Positions 12,001-22,489 of a stretch of 64,000 nt of DNA are shown piece after piece. Numbering within the stretch: position 1 is the stretch's first letter; the number at the start of each line of letters is the position of its first letter. The notes under the pieces are model-generated. The model saw nothing but the letters and a program-made list of their open reading frames with translations, ran no database searches and was not told the DNA's origin. The DNA is from Anaeramoeba ignava BMAN (taxonomy: Eukaryota; Protista; Anaeramoebae): the NCBI GenBank assembly GCA_028826165.1, contig JAPDFW010000113.1, forward strand, positions 1-64,000, written 5' to 3'. The position numbers were made by a program, and so were the translations under genes.

Positions 12001-13689
12001 TAATTATAATAATAAATATTTATTAAATATAAATTATTTACTATCTATTTTAATAAATATAAATAATTAATTTTAATAATAATTAATAATAATTTAATTT
12101 AAAATTTAATTTTATTTTAAATTGAAATAATAATATTATTTATTATATTAATATTTTGGATTATTTATTAATTTAATTTTAATTATAATAATAAATATTT
12201 ATTAAATAAAAATATGATTTATATTTACATCCAAAAACTGGACCATAATTTAAATCAGAAAAAATTGCATTTCCTTCTTCTCCTTGTTTAATTGTAAACT
12301 TTTCTGGTTTTCTATCTCCTTTATCATTTCTTAATGAAAAAATAAATGCATTTGAATCATTAATGTTTCCTGTATTTCCATTAAATCCAACTTGAGTAAA
12401 TCCTCCAAAAATAAAATTATCTTTTGTTTTGATAATAACTAATGTTTTTCCTTTTCCATCAACTTTTTTATGCCAATTTTGAGAATTAAATCCATCTTTT
12501 TTTACTGAAAATCCTTTTTTCATTTTATAAAAAAAATCATTATCATTTATCCATTCTTGTAATTTCTTAGCATATTCAATATCTGTAATAATTTCTGATT
12601 TGAAAAAAACACCTAATTTCTTTTTCAATTCAAGTTTCTTTTGATATTTTGTGAATAATTTATCAAACATTGGTTTCATTTTCTCATTTTCATTTTCATT
12701 TTTCAATTTCTCTTCCAATTCCATTTTCATTTTCTCGTTTGAAATTTTCAAAAATTCAACTTCTTTTTTCAATTTATCTTCAACTTCTTGTTTAAATTTC
12801 TCTTCAATTTGAATTTTCGTTTCTTGATTTTCTTTTTCCTTATCTTGAATAACTTTGTTTTGAAGATCAATTAAAAAATAATTTGGAAGAAAAATTTCAA
12901 ATTGTTTTAATTTATCAAAATCTTGTTTTGAAATTGAATCTTTATCAAATAATGAAAAAAAAGAATGAAATAATCTTTTCTTTGCATTCATTTTGTGTTT
13001 ATATTTCCTTAATTTTAATGATTTAATTCTTTTTTCAATCCAATTATTTAAAAATTGAAAAAAATCAAATTGAAAAATTTCTTTCTTTTCTTGTTTAAAT
13101 TGAATAAATTTGATAATTTCTTCTTTAGTTAAATTGAATAAATTCTCATTATTCTGAATTTGGGAAAAATTTTGATTTATTAATTCAAAACATTTTATTT
13201 CAATTTCATTTGATTTTAAATTTCGATTTTGGAATAAAAATTGGAAAAATTTGAATAATTAATTGAATTTGAAATTTTTTTTTGAATAATTTCTTTCAAT
13301 AAATTTAATTTAAAATAAATTGAAATTTCTAATAATTGGATAAGATTTTCTTGATTCTCAAAAGAAATATTTCCATAATAAATATAACTCAAAATTGATT
13401 CCATTTCTTTTTTATTAAATTGATTTAAAGAAATAGAAAGAGATTCTTGCCTTAATGATTCATTAAAAAAAGGAGATCTTGAAGATAAAATTGATTTATG
13501 AACTTTAATTTCAAAATGATTTGATTTATTCTCAACAAAAATTGAAAAATCTTTAAATGAATTTCCATTTAAAAGGTTTGAATAATCTTTAATTAAATTT
13601 TTTGTTACTTTTTTTTCTAAATTTTTCATTTCATTTTCATTTTGATTTTGATTTGCATTTTCAATTTGGTTGTTATTATTATTATCCAT
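9067..13689 (-). CDS. BTB/POZ + coiled coil + TLDc protein; TLDc C-terminus interrupted by an intron/microexon array
   Basis: BTB: FKDFSIFV..KVHKSILSSRSPFF. An apparent homopolymer frameshift near 13245 joins the two listed ORFs. TLDc: DGFNSQNWHKKVDGKGKTLVIIKT..IFGGFT..AFIFSL..YGPVFG. Donor at 12228. The final exon 9233-9067 encodes YDFKLSSNLQPGHSNFGTSYNLP..YLAGSYNKWVVDELETYFI*. Confidence 0.88.
9234..12228 (-). repeat. Tandem array, ~178-bp period: ~175-nt GT...AG intron units separated by variable 3-nt microexons
   Basis: 13 junctions read TAAAATAG|NNN|GTAAAT on the minus strand (one has only 2 nt), plus three units with no splice junction. The array starts at the real exon donor and ends at the real acceptor. 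Confidence 0.85.
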
Positions 13690-14074
13690 TTTGTTTTTTG
13701 TGTTTTTTGTTTTTGTTTTTGTTTTTGTTTTCAAAAAGGAAAAATGAAAAAAATTTAAAAAAAATAAATAAAAAATTTTGAAAATAAATAAAAATATAAA
13801 AATGAGAATAAATTTAAATTAATAATTAATTTAATTTTCTTTTTAATTTATTATTTTAAATTAATTTATTAATAAATTATTATTATTTTTTATTAATTTT
13901 TTATTATTAAAAAAAGGAAAATTATTTTAATTTAATTTTTAATTTAATTTTTTTTTGGAATTTAAAAATTATTAATAAATTTAAATTTTAAAACAAATTT
14001 TCAAATTAATATTAATTCAATTTAATTCAAAAAGATAAAATTTTAATTTCAAAAATCAATTTTCAAAATATTTT

Positions 14075-14300
14075 TAAATAATAAAATATTTAAATCTAAA
14101 ACAATAAATTATTATTTTAAACATAAAATTAAATATTAAATTATATTTTTAAATTAATTTATAAATTAAATATTAAATTAAATCTATTCTTATTTTTTAT
14201 ATTTATATGTTAAATATTTAAATAATAAAATATTTAAATCTAAAACATTAAATTATTATTTTAATAATAAAATTAAATATTAAATTATATTTTTTTAAAT
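14075..14300. repeat. About 1.5 copies of the ~144-bp repeat, inverted relative to 7779-8760, between the divergent BTB-TLDc genes
   Basis: AAATATTTAAATCTAAAACA and ATTAAATCTATTCTT are reverse complements of the 7779-8760 unit. Confidence 0.85.
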
Positions 14301-14465
14301 TGAATTTATAAAAATTTTTAAATATGTTGAATATTTAAAACTTATTTTAAATTTTTATTATTTTTTTTAAATATTAAATTATTTTCAAATTAATTTTAAA
14401 TTTTTAAATTAAATTTTCATTTTTCATTTTTCATTTTTCATTTCTTTTTTCAAATTTTTAATAAA

Positions 14466-17400
14466 ATGGAAACTTATTCAAATTTAGAAAAACTTTCAAA
14501 TGATTTAAAAAATTTATTTCAAAATCAAAATGAAAATGAAAAAGAAGAAGAAAGTTATTTTGATTTTGAAATAATTTGTGAACAAAACAAAACTTCATTT
14601 AAAACTCATAAATCAATTCTTTCTTCAAGAAGTCAATATTTTAAATCTCTTTTCAATTCAAAAATGAAAGAATATCAAGAAAATAAAATGATTCTAAAAG
14701 ATGTTTCAAGTTCAATTCTATCTTCAATTTTAAATTATTTTTATTCAGGAAAAATTGAAATTAATTTAGAAAATGCTGTTGAAATTTTATTTTTTTCATC
14801 AAAATATTTAATTGATGAATTAATTGAAATTTCTTTAAAGTTTATCAAAAAGAATTTCCAATTTGAAACTGTTGTTGATGTTCTTAAATTATCTGAACCA
14901 ATGAACTTAAATCAATTATTGAATTCTTCTTATAAATTTATTTCAAAAAATTTTGAAGAATTTATCAAAACTCCTTTTTTTCTTGAACTTGAAGAAAATC
15001 ATTTAAATTCAATTTTATCAAATGATTATATTCCAATAAATGAATTTAAAATTTTCCAATCAATAATCAAATGGGGAAAACATAAATCAAATATTAATCA
15101 AGAAAAAGAAAATCAAAAACTTGAAAAAGAAGAAAAAGAAAAATTACAAAATCAAATTTCAAATATTATTGATAAAATCAGATTTATTGATTTCACAAAC
15201 CAAGAACTTGAAGATATTTTGAAAGAAGATATAATTCCAAATCAAATTTCACAAAAATTAATTCAATTTCAAAAAATTCAAAATGATAAAGAAAAATTAA
15301 ATGAATTAAATGAATTCATTCAAAAAGAAAATCAAAATTCATTCATTTTTAAATCAAGATTTCTATCAGATTCAGAAATTATTCAAGATAAAGAATATGT
15401 TAAGAAATTACAAGAATGGATAAATGATAATGATTTTTTTTATAAAATGAAAAAAGGATATTCAGCAAAAAAAGATGGATTTGATTGCAAAAATTGGCAT
15501 AAAAAAGTTGATAATAAAGGAAAAACATTAATTATTATCAAAACAAAAGATAATTTTATTTTTGGAGGATTTACTCAAGTTGGATGGACAAATGATAAAT
15601 CAAATTGGAGTGAAAAAAATAGAAGATATAATCATGGATATATTTCAGATTCAAATGCATTTATTTTTTCATTAAGAAATGATAAAGGAGATAGAAATCC
15701 AGAAAAATTTACAATTAAAAAAGGAGAAGAAAAATATGCAATTTTTTATGATTTAAATTATGGTCCAAGTTTTGGATGTAAATATAAATATTTTATTATT
15801 ATAATTAAAATTAATTTAATAAATAATCCAAAATATTAATATAATAAATAATATTATTATTTAAATTTAAAATAAAATTAATTTTAAATTTAATTATTAT
15901 TAATTATTATTAAAGTTAATTATTTATCTTTATTAAAATAGTTAGTAAATAATTTATATTTAATAAATATTTATTATTATAATTAAAATTAAATTAATAA
16001 ATAACTTCAAAATATTAATATAATAAATAATATTATTATTTCAATTTAAAATAAAATAAATTTTAAATTAAATTATTATTAATTATTTTTCATAAATTAT
16101 TTGTTGATAAAATAGATGGTAATTTAATTTATATTTTTTAAATATTTATTATTATAATTTAAAATTAAATTAATAAATAATCTAAAATATTAAATAATAA
16201 ATTTAATGAGAAAATTATTATTATTTGAAAAATGAAATTAAAAAATAATATAAAAATTAAAATAATAAAATTAATTATTATTTAAAATTAAATTATTAAT
16301 TATTATTAAAAATTAATTATTTATCTTTATTAAAATAAATAAATAATTTATATTTAATAAATATTTATTATAATTAAAATTAAATAATAAATAATCCAAA
16401 ATATTAATATAATAAATAATATTATTATTTCAATTTAAAATAAAAATTAATTTTAAAATTAAATTATTAATTATTATTAAAATTAAATTAATTTTTATTA
16501 AAATAGTTTAAAAATAATTTTATATTTATTATTATAATTAAAAAATTAAATTAATAAATAATCCAAAATATTAATATAATAAATAATATTATTATTTCAA
16601 TTTAAAATAAAATTAATTTTAAATTAAATATTTTTAAATTATTAATATTAATTATTTATCTTTATTAAAATAGTTCGTAAATAATTTATATTTTTAAATA
16701 TTTATTATAATTAAAATTAAATTAATAAATAATTTAAATCTAAAACAATAAATTATTTCAATTTTAAAATAAAATTAATTTTAAATTAAATTATTAAATT
16801 AATTTATAAATTAAATATTAAATTAAATTATTTTTATTAAAATAGTTTTAAATAATTTATATATTTAATAAATAATTATTTAAAATTAAAATTTATTAAT
16901 AAAAATCCAAAAAATTAATAAATAAATTTAGTTATTTCAATTTAAAAATAAAATTAAAAAAAAAAATTATTATTAATTATTATTAAAATTAATTATTTAT
17001 CTTTATTAAAATAGTTTTGTAAATAATTTATATTTTAATAAATATTCAATTATTATAATTAAAATTAAATTAATAAATAATCCAAAATAATAAATAATAT
17101 TATTATTTTTAAAATAAAATTAATTTTTAAATTAAATTATTATTAATTATTATTAAATTAAATTTATCTTTATTAAAATAGAAAATAAAATTATTTTAAT
17201 AAATATTTATTATTATAATTAAAATTAAATTAATAAACTAAAATATTAATATAATAAATAATATTATTTTTCAATTTAAAATAAAATTAATTTTTAAATT
17301 AAATTATTAAAATATTATTAAAATTGAATTAATTATTTTTATTAAATTAATTTATATATTTAATAAAAAATTTATTATAAAATTTAAAATAAATTAATAA

Positions 17401-18205
17401 ATAATCCAAAATGAAAATATTGTAAATGTAATATTAATTTATTTAAAATAAAAATGAATTTTAAATAAATTATTGAATTAAAATTCTTATAAATTTATTT
17501 CAAAAATTTTGAAGAATTTATCAAAACTCCTTATTTTTATTGAACTTAAAAGAAAATCATTTAAATTCAATTTTATCAAATGATTATATTCCAATAAATG
17601 AATTTAAAATTTTCCAATCAATAATAAAATGGGGAAAAAATTAAATCAAATATTAATTAGCTAGTAAATAATTTATATTAAAAAATAAATTATTAAAATT
17701 AAATTAAAATAATAAATTTCAAAAATATTATTAATAAAATAATATTATTATTTAAATTTTAAACATATTAATATCTTTGAAGATATAATTTATAAATAAA
17801 TATTTATTATTAAAATTAATTCAATTTCAAAAATTCAAAAATAAATAAAAGAAAATTAATTTTAAATTAAATTATTCAAAATTAAAAAATTCATTCATTT
17901 TTAAAAAAGAATGTAAATAAGATTTAATAAATTATTCATTATAAAAAATATGTTAAAATAAATAACAAAAATATTAATACAATAAATAATTTAAAATAAA
18001 ATTAATTTTAAATTTAAAAGAGATGGATTTTAAAATTAATTATTTATCTTTATTAAAATATTTAAAGGAAAAACATTGTTATTATAAAAAACAAAAGATA
18101 ATTTTGGTTTTTGGATAATTTACCTCAAATTAAATATGGACAAATGAAAAATTTAAATGAGAGAATAAATAGAAATGATGAACTTGGAGACTTATTTCAT
18201 TTAAA
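14466..18205 (+). CDS. BTB-BACK + TLDc protein; 3' part contains a second intron/microexon array and a garbled final exon
   Basis: BTB: YFDFEIIC..FKTHKSILSSRSQYFKSLF. BACK: NEFKIFQSIIKW. TLDc runs to YGPSFG, with donor GT at 15778. A remnant of the final exon (GATGAACTTGGAGACTTATTTCATTTAA, cf. DELETYFI*) is at about 18176-18205. Confidence 0.78.
15778..18100 (+). repeat. Second copy of the ~178-bp intron/microexon array, degraded or poorly assembled
   Basis: Reverse complement of the 9234-12228 unit. Intact junctions: AG|TTA|GT (15942), AG|ATG|GT (16116), AG|TTC|GT (16674), AG|TTTT|GT (17015), AG|CTA|GT (17661). Confidence 0.7.
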
Positions 18206-18479
18206 AACTTTTTATTTTTCAAAATTTAATTCAATTTTGATAAATCAATTTAAATTCTTCAAATCAAATAAAAAGAAAAGAAAAGAAATGCAATTTAATT
18301 TAATTTAAAAAATTATGGTAAAAGAAGATTAAGATGAAAAATGAAAATAATTTATTATTAAAATTTAAAATAAAATTAAATTTTAAATGAAAAATGTTTT
18401 ATAAAATATAAAATAAGAAACAAATTATAATTTTTATTAAAAATTATTTAATAAAGAAATAAATTGAAAATATTTTTAA

Positions 18480-19375
18480 ATAATAAAATATTTAAATCTA
18501 AAACAATAAAATTCATTATTTTAATAATAAAAATTAAATATAAATTAAATATTTTTTAAATTAATTTATAAATTAAAATTAAATTAAATGGTTCTTTTTT
18601 TTAAATATTTATATGTTAAATATTAAATTAAATAATAAAATATTTAAATTTAAAAACAATAAATTATTTTAATTTTTTAAAATTAAATTCATTTTTTAAA
18701 TTTAATTAAATATTAAATTAAATCTATTTATTTTTTATTTCAAATTTAATAAATAAAAATATTTAAATCTAAAAACAATAAATTATTATTTTAATAATTG
18801 AGTTAAAATTAAAATTATATTAAAAAGAAATTTATAAATTTAAATAAAATTAAAATTCTTATTTTTATAATGTTAAAATAATTAAATAATAAAAATTTAA
18901 ATTAAAACAATAAAATTATTTTTTATAAAATATAAAATATTAAATTATATTTTTAAATAAATTTATAAATTAAATATTAAATTTAAATATATTTTCATTT
19001 TTATAAGAAAAATGTTAAATATTAAATTAAATAATAAAATATTTAAATCTAAAACAATAAATTATTATTTTAATAATTGAATTAAATATTAAATTATATT
19101 TATAAATTGATTTATAAATTAAATATTAAATTAAATCTATTTTTCATTTTTATATTTATATGTTTAATTTTTAAATAATAAAATATTTAAATCTAAAACA
19201 ATAAATTATTATTTTAAACATAAAATTAAATATTAAATTATATTTTTAAATTGATTTATAAATTAAATATTAAATTAAATCTATTTTCATTTTTTATATT
19301 TATATGTTAAATATTTAAATAATAAAATATTTAAATCTAAAACAATAAATTATTATTTTAATATTAAAATTAAAA
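18480..19375. repeat. ~144-bp tandem repeat, inverted counterpart of 7779-8760
   Basis: Repeated AAAATATTTAAATCTAAAACAATAAATT and ATTAAATCTATT. Confidence 0.85.
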
Positions 19376-19461
19376 TAAAAATCTTAAATTATCCTTTTCC
19401 TTTTTCTCCTTTTTAAATTTCTTTATTGATTTTAATTTTAATTTTAATTTTAATTTTAATT

Positions 19462-21216
19462 TTAATTTTTAAATTTGTTAATTAATAAATCAAATAAATT
19501 TGGATTTGTTTGATTTAATTGAAAATAATCAATTCCAATTTGAATTTCATTAATGATTTCTTGTGTAATTTGAATTCCATCTTTAATTTGATTTGAATAA
19601 ATCCAATATTCAAATATTTGAAATGATTTATTACTTAATTCACTATAATCTGTAACTTTATTAGATTTATCTTCAGTTACAGATAAAAACATTCCTCGAT
19701 ATAATTCACTTCTCATTATTAATATTAATTTTGGAAATTCATATTGTTTTTCTTTTCTTTCAATTATAAAATCTTTTTCATTTTCATTTTCATTTAAATA
19801 AATTCTTTTCATTGTTTCTTCAATTTTTTCATTTGAATTTATAATTTCTTTAATTTCTGAATATAATTTTGGATTTATTTTGGAATTGTTTGAATAAATC
19901 ATTTCAAATATTTGATTTGATTCTTTAATTGATTTTTTTGAAATAATTTCTTGAAGTTTTTCAATTTCATTTTCATTTTGATTTAATCTATATTTCAATA
20001 TTAATTTATGAGCTTCAATTATTTCTCCATTTTCTGTTTTAAATGAAATATCACAAAATTCTTTTCTTCTAAATAATTTGATTAAATCATCTTCAAGATT
20101 GGAAAGGAAAGGAGAATAATAAAGGAATGAGTTATCAAATCCACAAAGAACATGATAATTAGAAATATTTTCATTAAATCTTAATTCAGGAAGTTCAATT
20201 TGAATTGGAATTAATTGATATTTCGCTGTTTTTTCAGTTCCTAATTGGCCATATTCATTATTTCCAAATACAATCATTTTTGAATTAGAAGTTAAAATCA
20301 AACTCTGTTCAAAACCACAAGAAAAATCAACAATGTAATCATCATTTTCAAATAAAGATGATTTAATTTCAGTAAATTCATAAGTATCTTCATTTTTGCC
20401 AAGTCCATTATTTCGATGATAACCACATGAATAAAGTTTTCTTTTTTCATATTCATCTTCAACCAACATTATTGAATGAGAATTTCCACATTGAATATCA
20501 ATTATTTTGCCTTTTGGAATATTTTGGATTTTCATTAATTTTTGGGTTTTGATTTCTCTTCTATTTGATTCTCCTAATCCAAGTTGACCGTGAATATTCC
20601 ATCCGCATACAAATAATTCTTGATTTGAATTGAAAAGAAAAACATGATAAGAAATAATTCCTGTAAATATTTTAGAAACATTTTTCATCATTAAAATTGG
20701 TTTTTCTGTTTCTTTAAGTGTTCTAAAATCAAAACCAAGTTGACTATTATAATTTGAACCAATTCCATAAACATTTTGATTTGAAGTTAATAAATAAATT
20801 GATTGAGCAGCACAAGCAATATCTTCAATTATTCTATCATTTTTATCTTCAATTAATGATGAAATATTGATAAATTCTTTTGTTTTCTCTAAATTAATAT
20901 TATCTCCTTTGGCAAATGCATTTCCTTCTATTGTTAAAATAGCTTCATTATTAAAACCAACAGTTACTTTTTGAATATTTTCAATTTGGATTTTTTGAGG
21001 ATTTGGATTTGAATAGTTGAAATATTCTATTGCTTTTCCATTTTCAAAAAGCAAAATTGTTGCATAATCTGTTGCTGAAATTTGTTTAATTTGTTTTTCA
21101 TTTTCATTTTCATTTTCATTTTCAAATTTAAATTGAATTGGTTTTGTAATTTTATATGGTCCATTTTTGGAAAAGTTTGAATTTCTATTTTTACCAAAAA
21201 ATATAATTTCATTCAT
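19462..21216 (-). CDS. RCC1-repeat beta-propeller + BTB protein, intronless
   Basis: RCC1 motifs (VYGIGSNYNSQLG, CGWNIHGQLGLG, IQCGNSHS, FGNNEYGQLG) and a C-terminal double BTB-like region (FCDISF..AHKLIL, RSELYRGMF). Confidence 0.9.
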   Translation of the reverse strand: MNEIIFFGKNRNSNFSKNGPYKITKPIQFKFENENENENEKQIKQISATDYATILLFENGKAIEYFNYSNPNPQKIQIENIQKVTVGFNNEAILTIEGNAFAKGDNINLEKTKEFINISSLIEDKNDRIIEDIACAAQSIYLLTSNQNVYGIGSNYNSQLGFDFRTLKETEKPILMMKNVSKIFTGIISYHVFLFNSNQELFVCGWNIHGQLGLGESNRREIKTQKLMKIQNIPKGKIIDIQCGNSHSIMLVEDEYEKRKLYSCGYHRNNGLGKNEDTYEFTEIKSSLFENDDYIVDFSCGFEQSLILTSNSKMIVFGNNEYGQLGTEKTAKYQLIPIQIELPELRFNENISNYHVLCGFDNSFLYYSPFLSNLEDDLIKLFRRKEFCDISFKTENGEIIEAHKLILKYRLNQNENEIEKLQEIISKKSIKESNQIFEMIYSNNSKINPKLYSEIKEIINSNEKIEETMKRIYLNENENEKDFIIERKEKQYEFPKLILIMRSELYRGMFLSVTEDKSNKVTDYSELSNKSFQIFEYWIYSNQIKDGIQITQEIINEIQIGIDYFQLNQTNPNLFDLLINKFKN

Positions 21217-21257
21217 TTTTAAAAAAGAAAAAAAATGAAAAAAATGATTTTGGATTT

Positions 21258-22400
21258 TTAATTTTTATTCCCTAAAAACTTTTTTTGAATAATTGAAGAA
21301 CCAAATTCATCATATTCTTTTTTCAAAACAAAATATTTTTCAAAACTAGAAAGAGAAGCTAAAATAGATCCACCAATCCAAGAAGTATATTTTCTTTCAG
21401 GAGGAGAAATAACTTTAACTTTCATATCAAGAGGAGCTAAATATAAAATTTCTTTTTGAATTCTATTATTAATTCCTTGAAATAATGAAGAACCACCTGC
21501 TAAAACAATATTTCTGTAAAAATATTTTCTGATTTCACTATCAGTTTTTAAAATTGAATCAAAAATCATTTGATGAATTCCTTTTTGTTGAATTCCAATT
21601 AAAGAGGGATTAAATAAAACTTCAGGACATCTAAATCTTTCATTTCCAATTGTGATACTACTTCCATCAGGTAATTCATATTGTTTTTCAATATCAGAAA
21701 ATTGATTTGAAATATCCATTTCTTGATCAAAATCCTCGGCAATATAACAAAGTTTTTCTTTAATATCGCGAACAATTTCTTTTTCCCAAGATGTTGTGAA
21801 TTCATATCCTCTTTCAGATAAAATTTTTGTTAAATATTCAGTTAAATCTTTTCCACCCAAATTAATTTTCATAATAGAATCAGATAAAACAAACCAATCC
21901 AAAATCGGAACAATAATACAAACACCATCTCCAATATCAACAACAATTCCATTTTTTCTTCCTGAACAATAAAGTGATAAAACTGATTGATTCTGAAGAG
22001 AAAAAGCAGGAATATTAAATTTTTCAAACATGATTTGGATCATTTTCTCTCGGCTTTCTTTTGGATTGAATGGAGATTCAGTTAATAAAACAGGATGTTC
22101 TTCAGGATTTACTCTTAATTCATTATAAAAAATATGATGCCAAATTTTTTCCATTTCTTCAAAATTTTTTATGATTCCATTTTCTATTGGATAAGTGAAA
22201 ATTGGTGTTACTCTTCTTGACAATGCTTCATCACCAACCCAATATTCTTTTTGACCCATTCCTATCATAATTCCTCGATGTCTTGGTCTTCCAGTTACTG
22301 TTGGGAAAACTGCTCTTGGTGCATCATCTCCTGCAAATCCTGTTTTCATCATTTGAGATCCTTGATCAATAACAACTTTTTCAAATCCATTTAAATTCAT
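21258..22400 (-). CDS. Divergent actin or actin-like protein, intronless
   Basis: [89 protein letters not shown]. Confidence 0.95.
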   Translation of the reverse strand: MNLNGFEKVVIDQGSQMMKTGFAGDDAPRAVFPTVTGRPRHRGIMIGMGQKEYWVGDEALSRRVTPIFTYPIENGIIKNFEEMEKIWHHIFYNELRVNPEEHPVLLTESPFNPKESREKMIQIMFEKFNIPAFSLQNQSVLSLYCSGRKNGIVVDIGDGVCIIVPILDWFVLSDSIMKINLGGKDLTEYLTKILSERGYEFTTSWEKEIVRDIKEKLCYIAEDFDQEMDISNQFSDIEKQYELPDGSSITIGNERFRCPEVLFNPSLIGIQQKGIHQMIFDSILKTDSEIRKYFYRNIVLAGGSSLFQGINNRIQKEILYLAPLDMKVKVISPPERKYTSWIGGSILASLSSFEKYFVLKKEYDEFGSSIIQKKFLGNKN

Positions 22401-22489
22401 TTTAAATTATAAATTTTATTTAAATTTTATTTAAATTGAGAAAAAAAATGAAAAAAAATGAATTTTCATTATTAATTTTCATTTTTATT

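Noticed and set aside
9234-12228. CRISPR array
   Set aside because: Repeats are ~175 nt and spacers 3 nt, there are no cas genes, and the context is a eukaryotic intron. Splice-site geometry explains it better.
13216-13260. Programmed frameshift or split genes (also near 23720, 45590 and 58335)
   Set aside because: The breaks fall in or near homopolymer and low-complexity runs, and sequencing indels are evident elsewhere in the window.
17470-18310. Extra BTB/TLDc pseudogene fragment and ORF 18111-18308
   Set aside because: It is a mosaic of sequence from about 14930-15600 interleaved with array repeat, typical of a mis-polished consensus. Not supportable as a gene.
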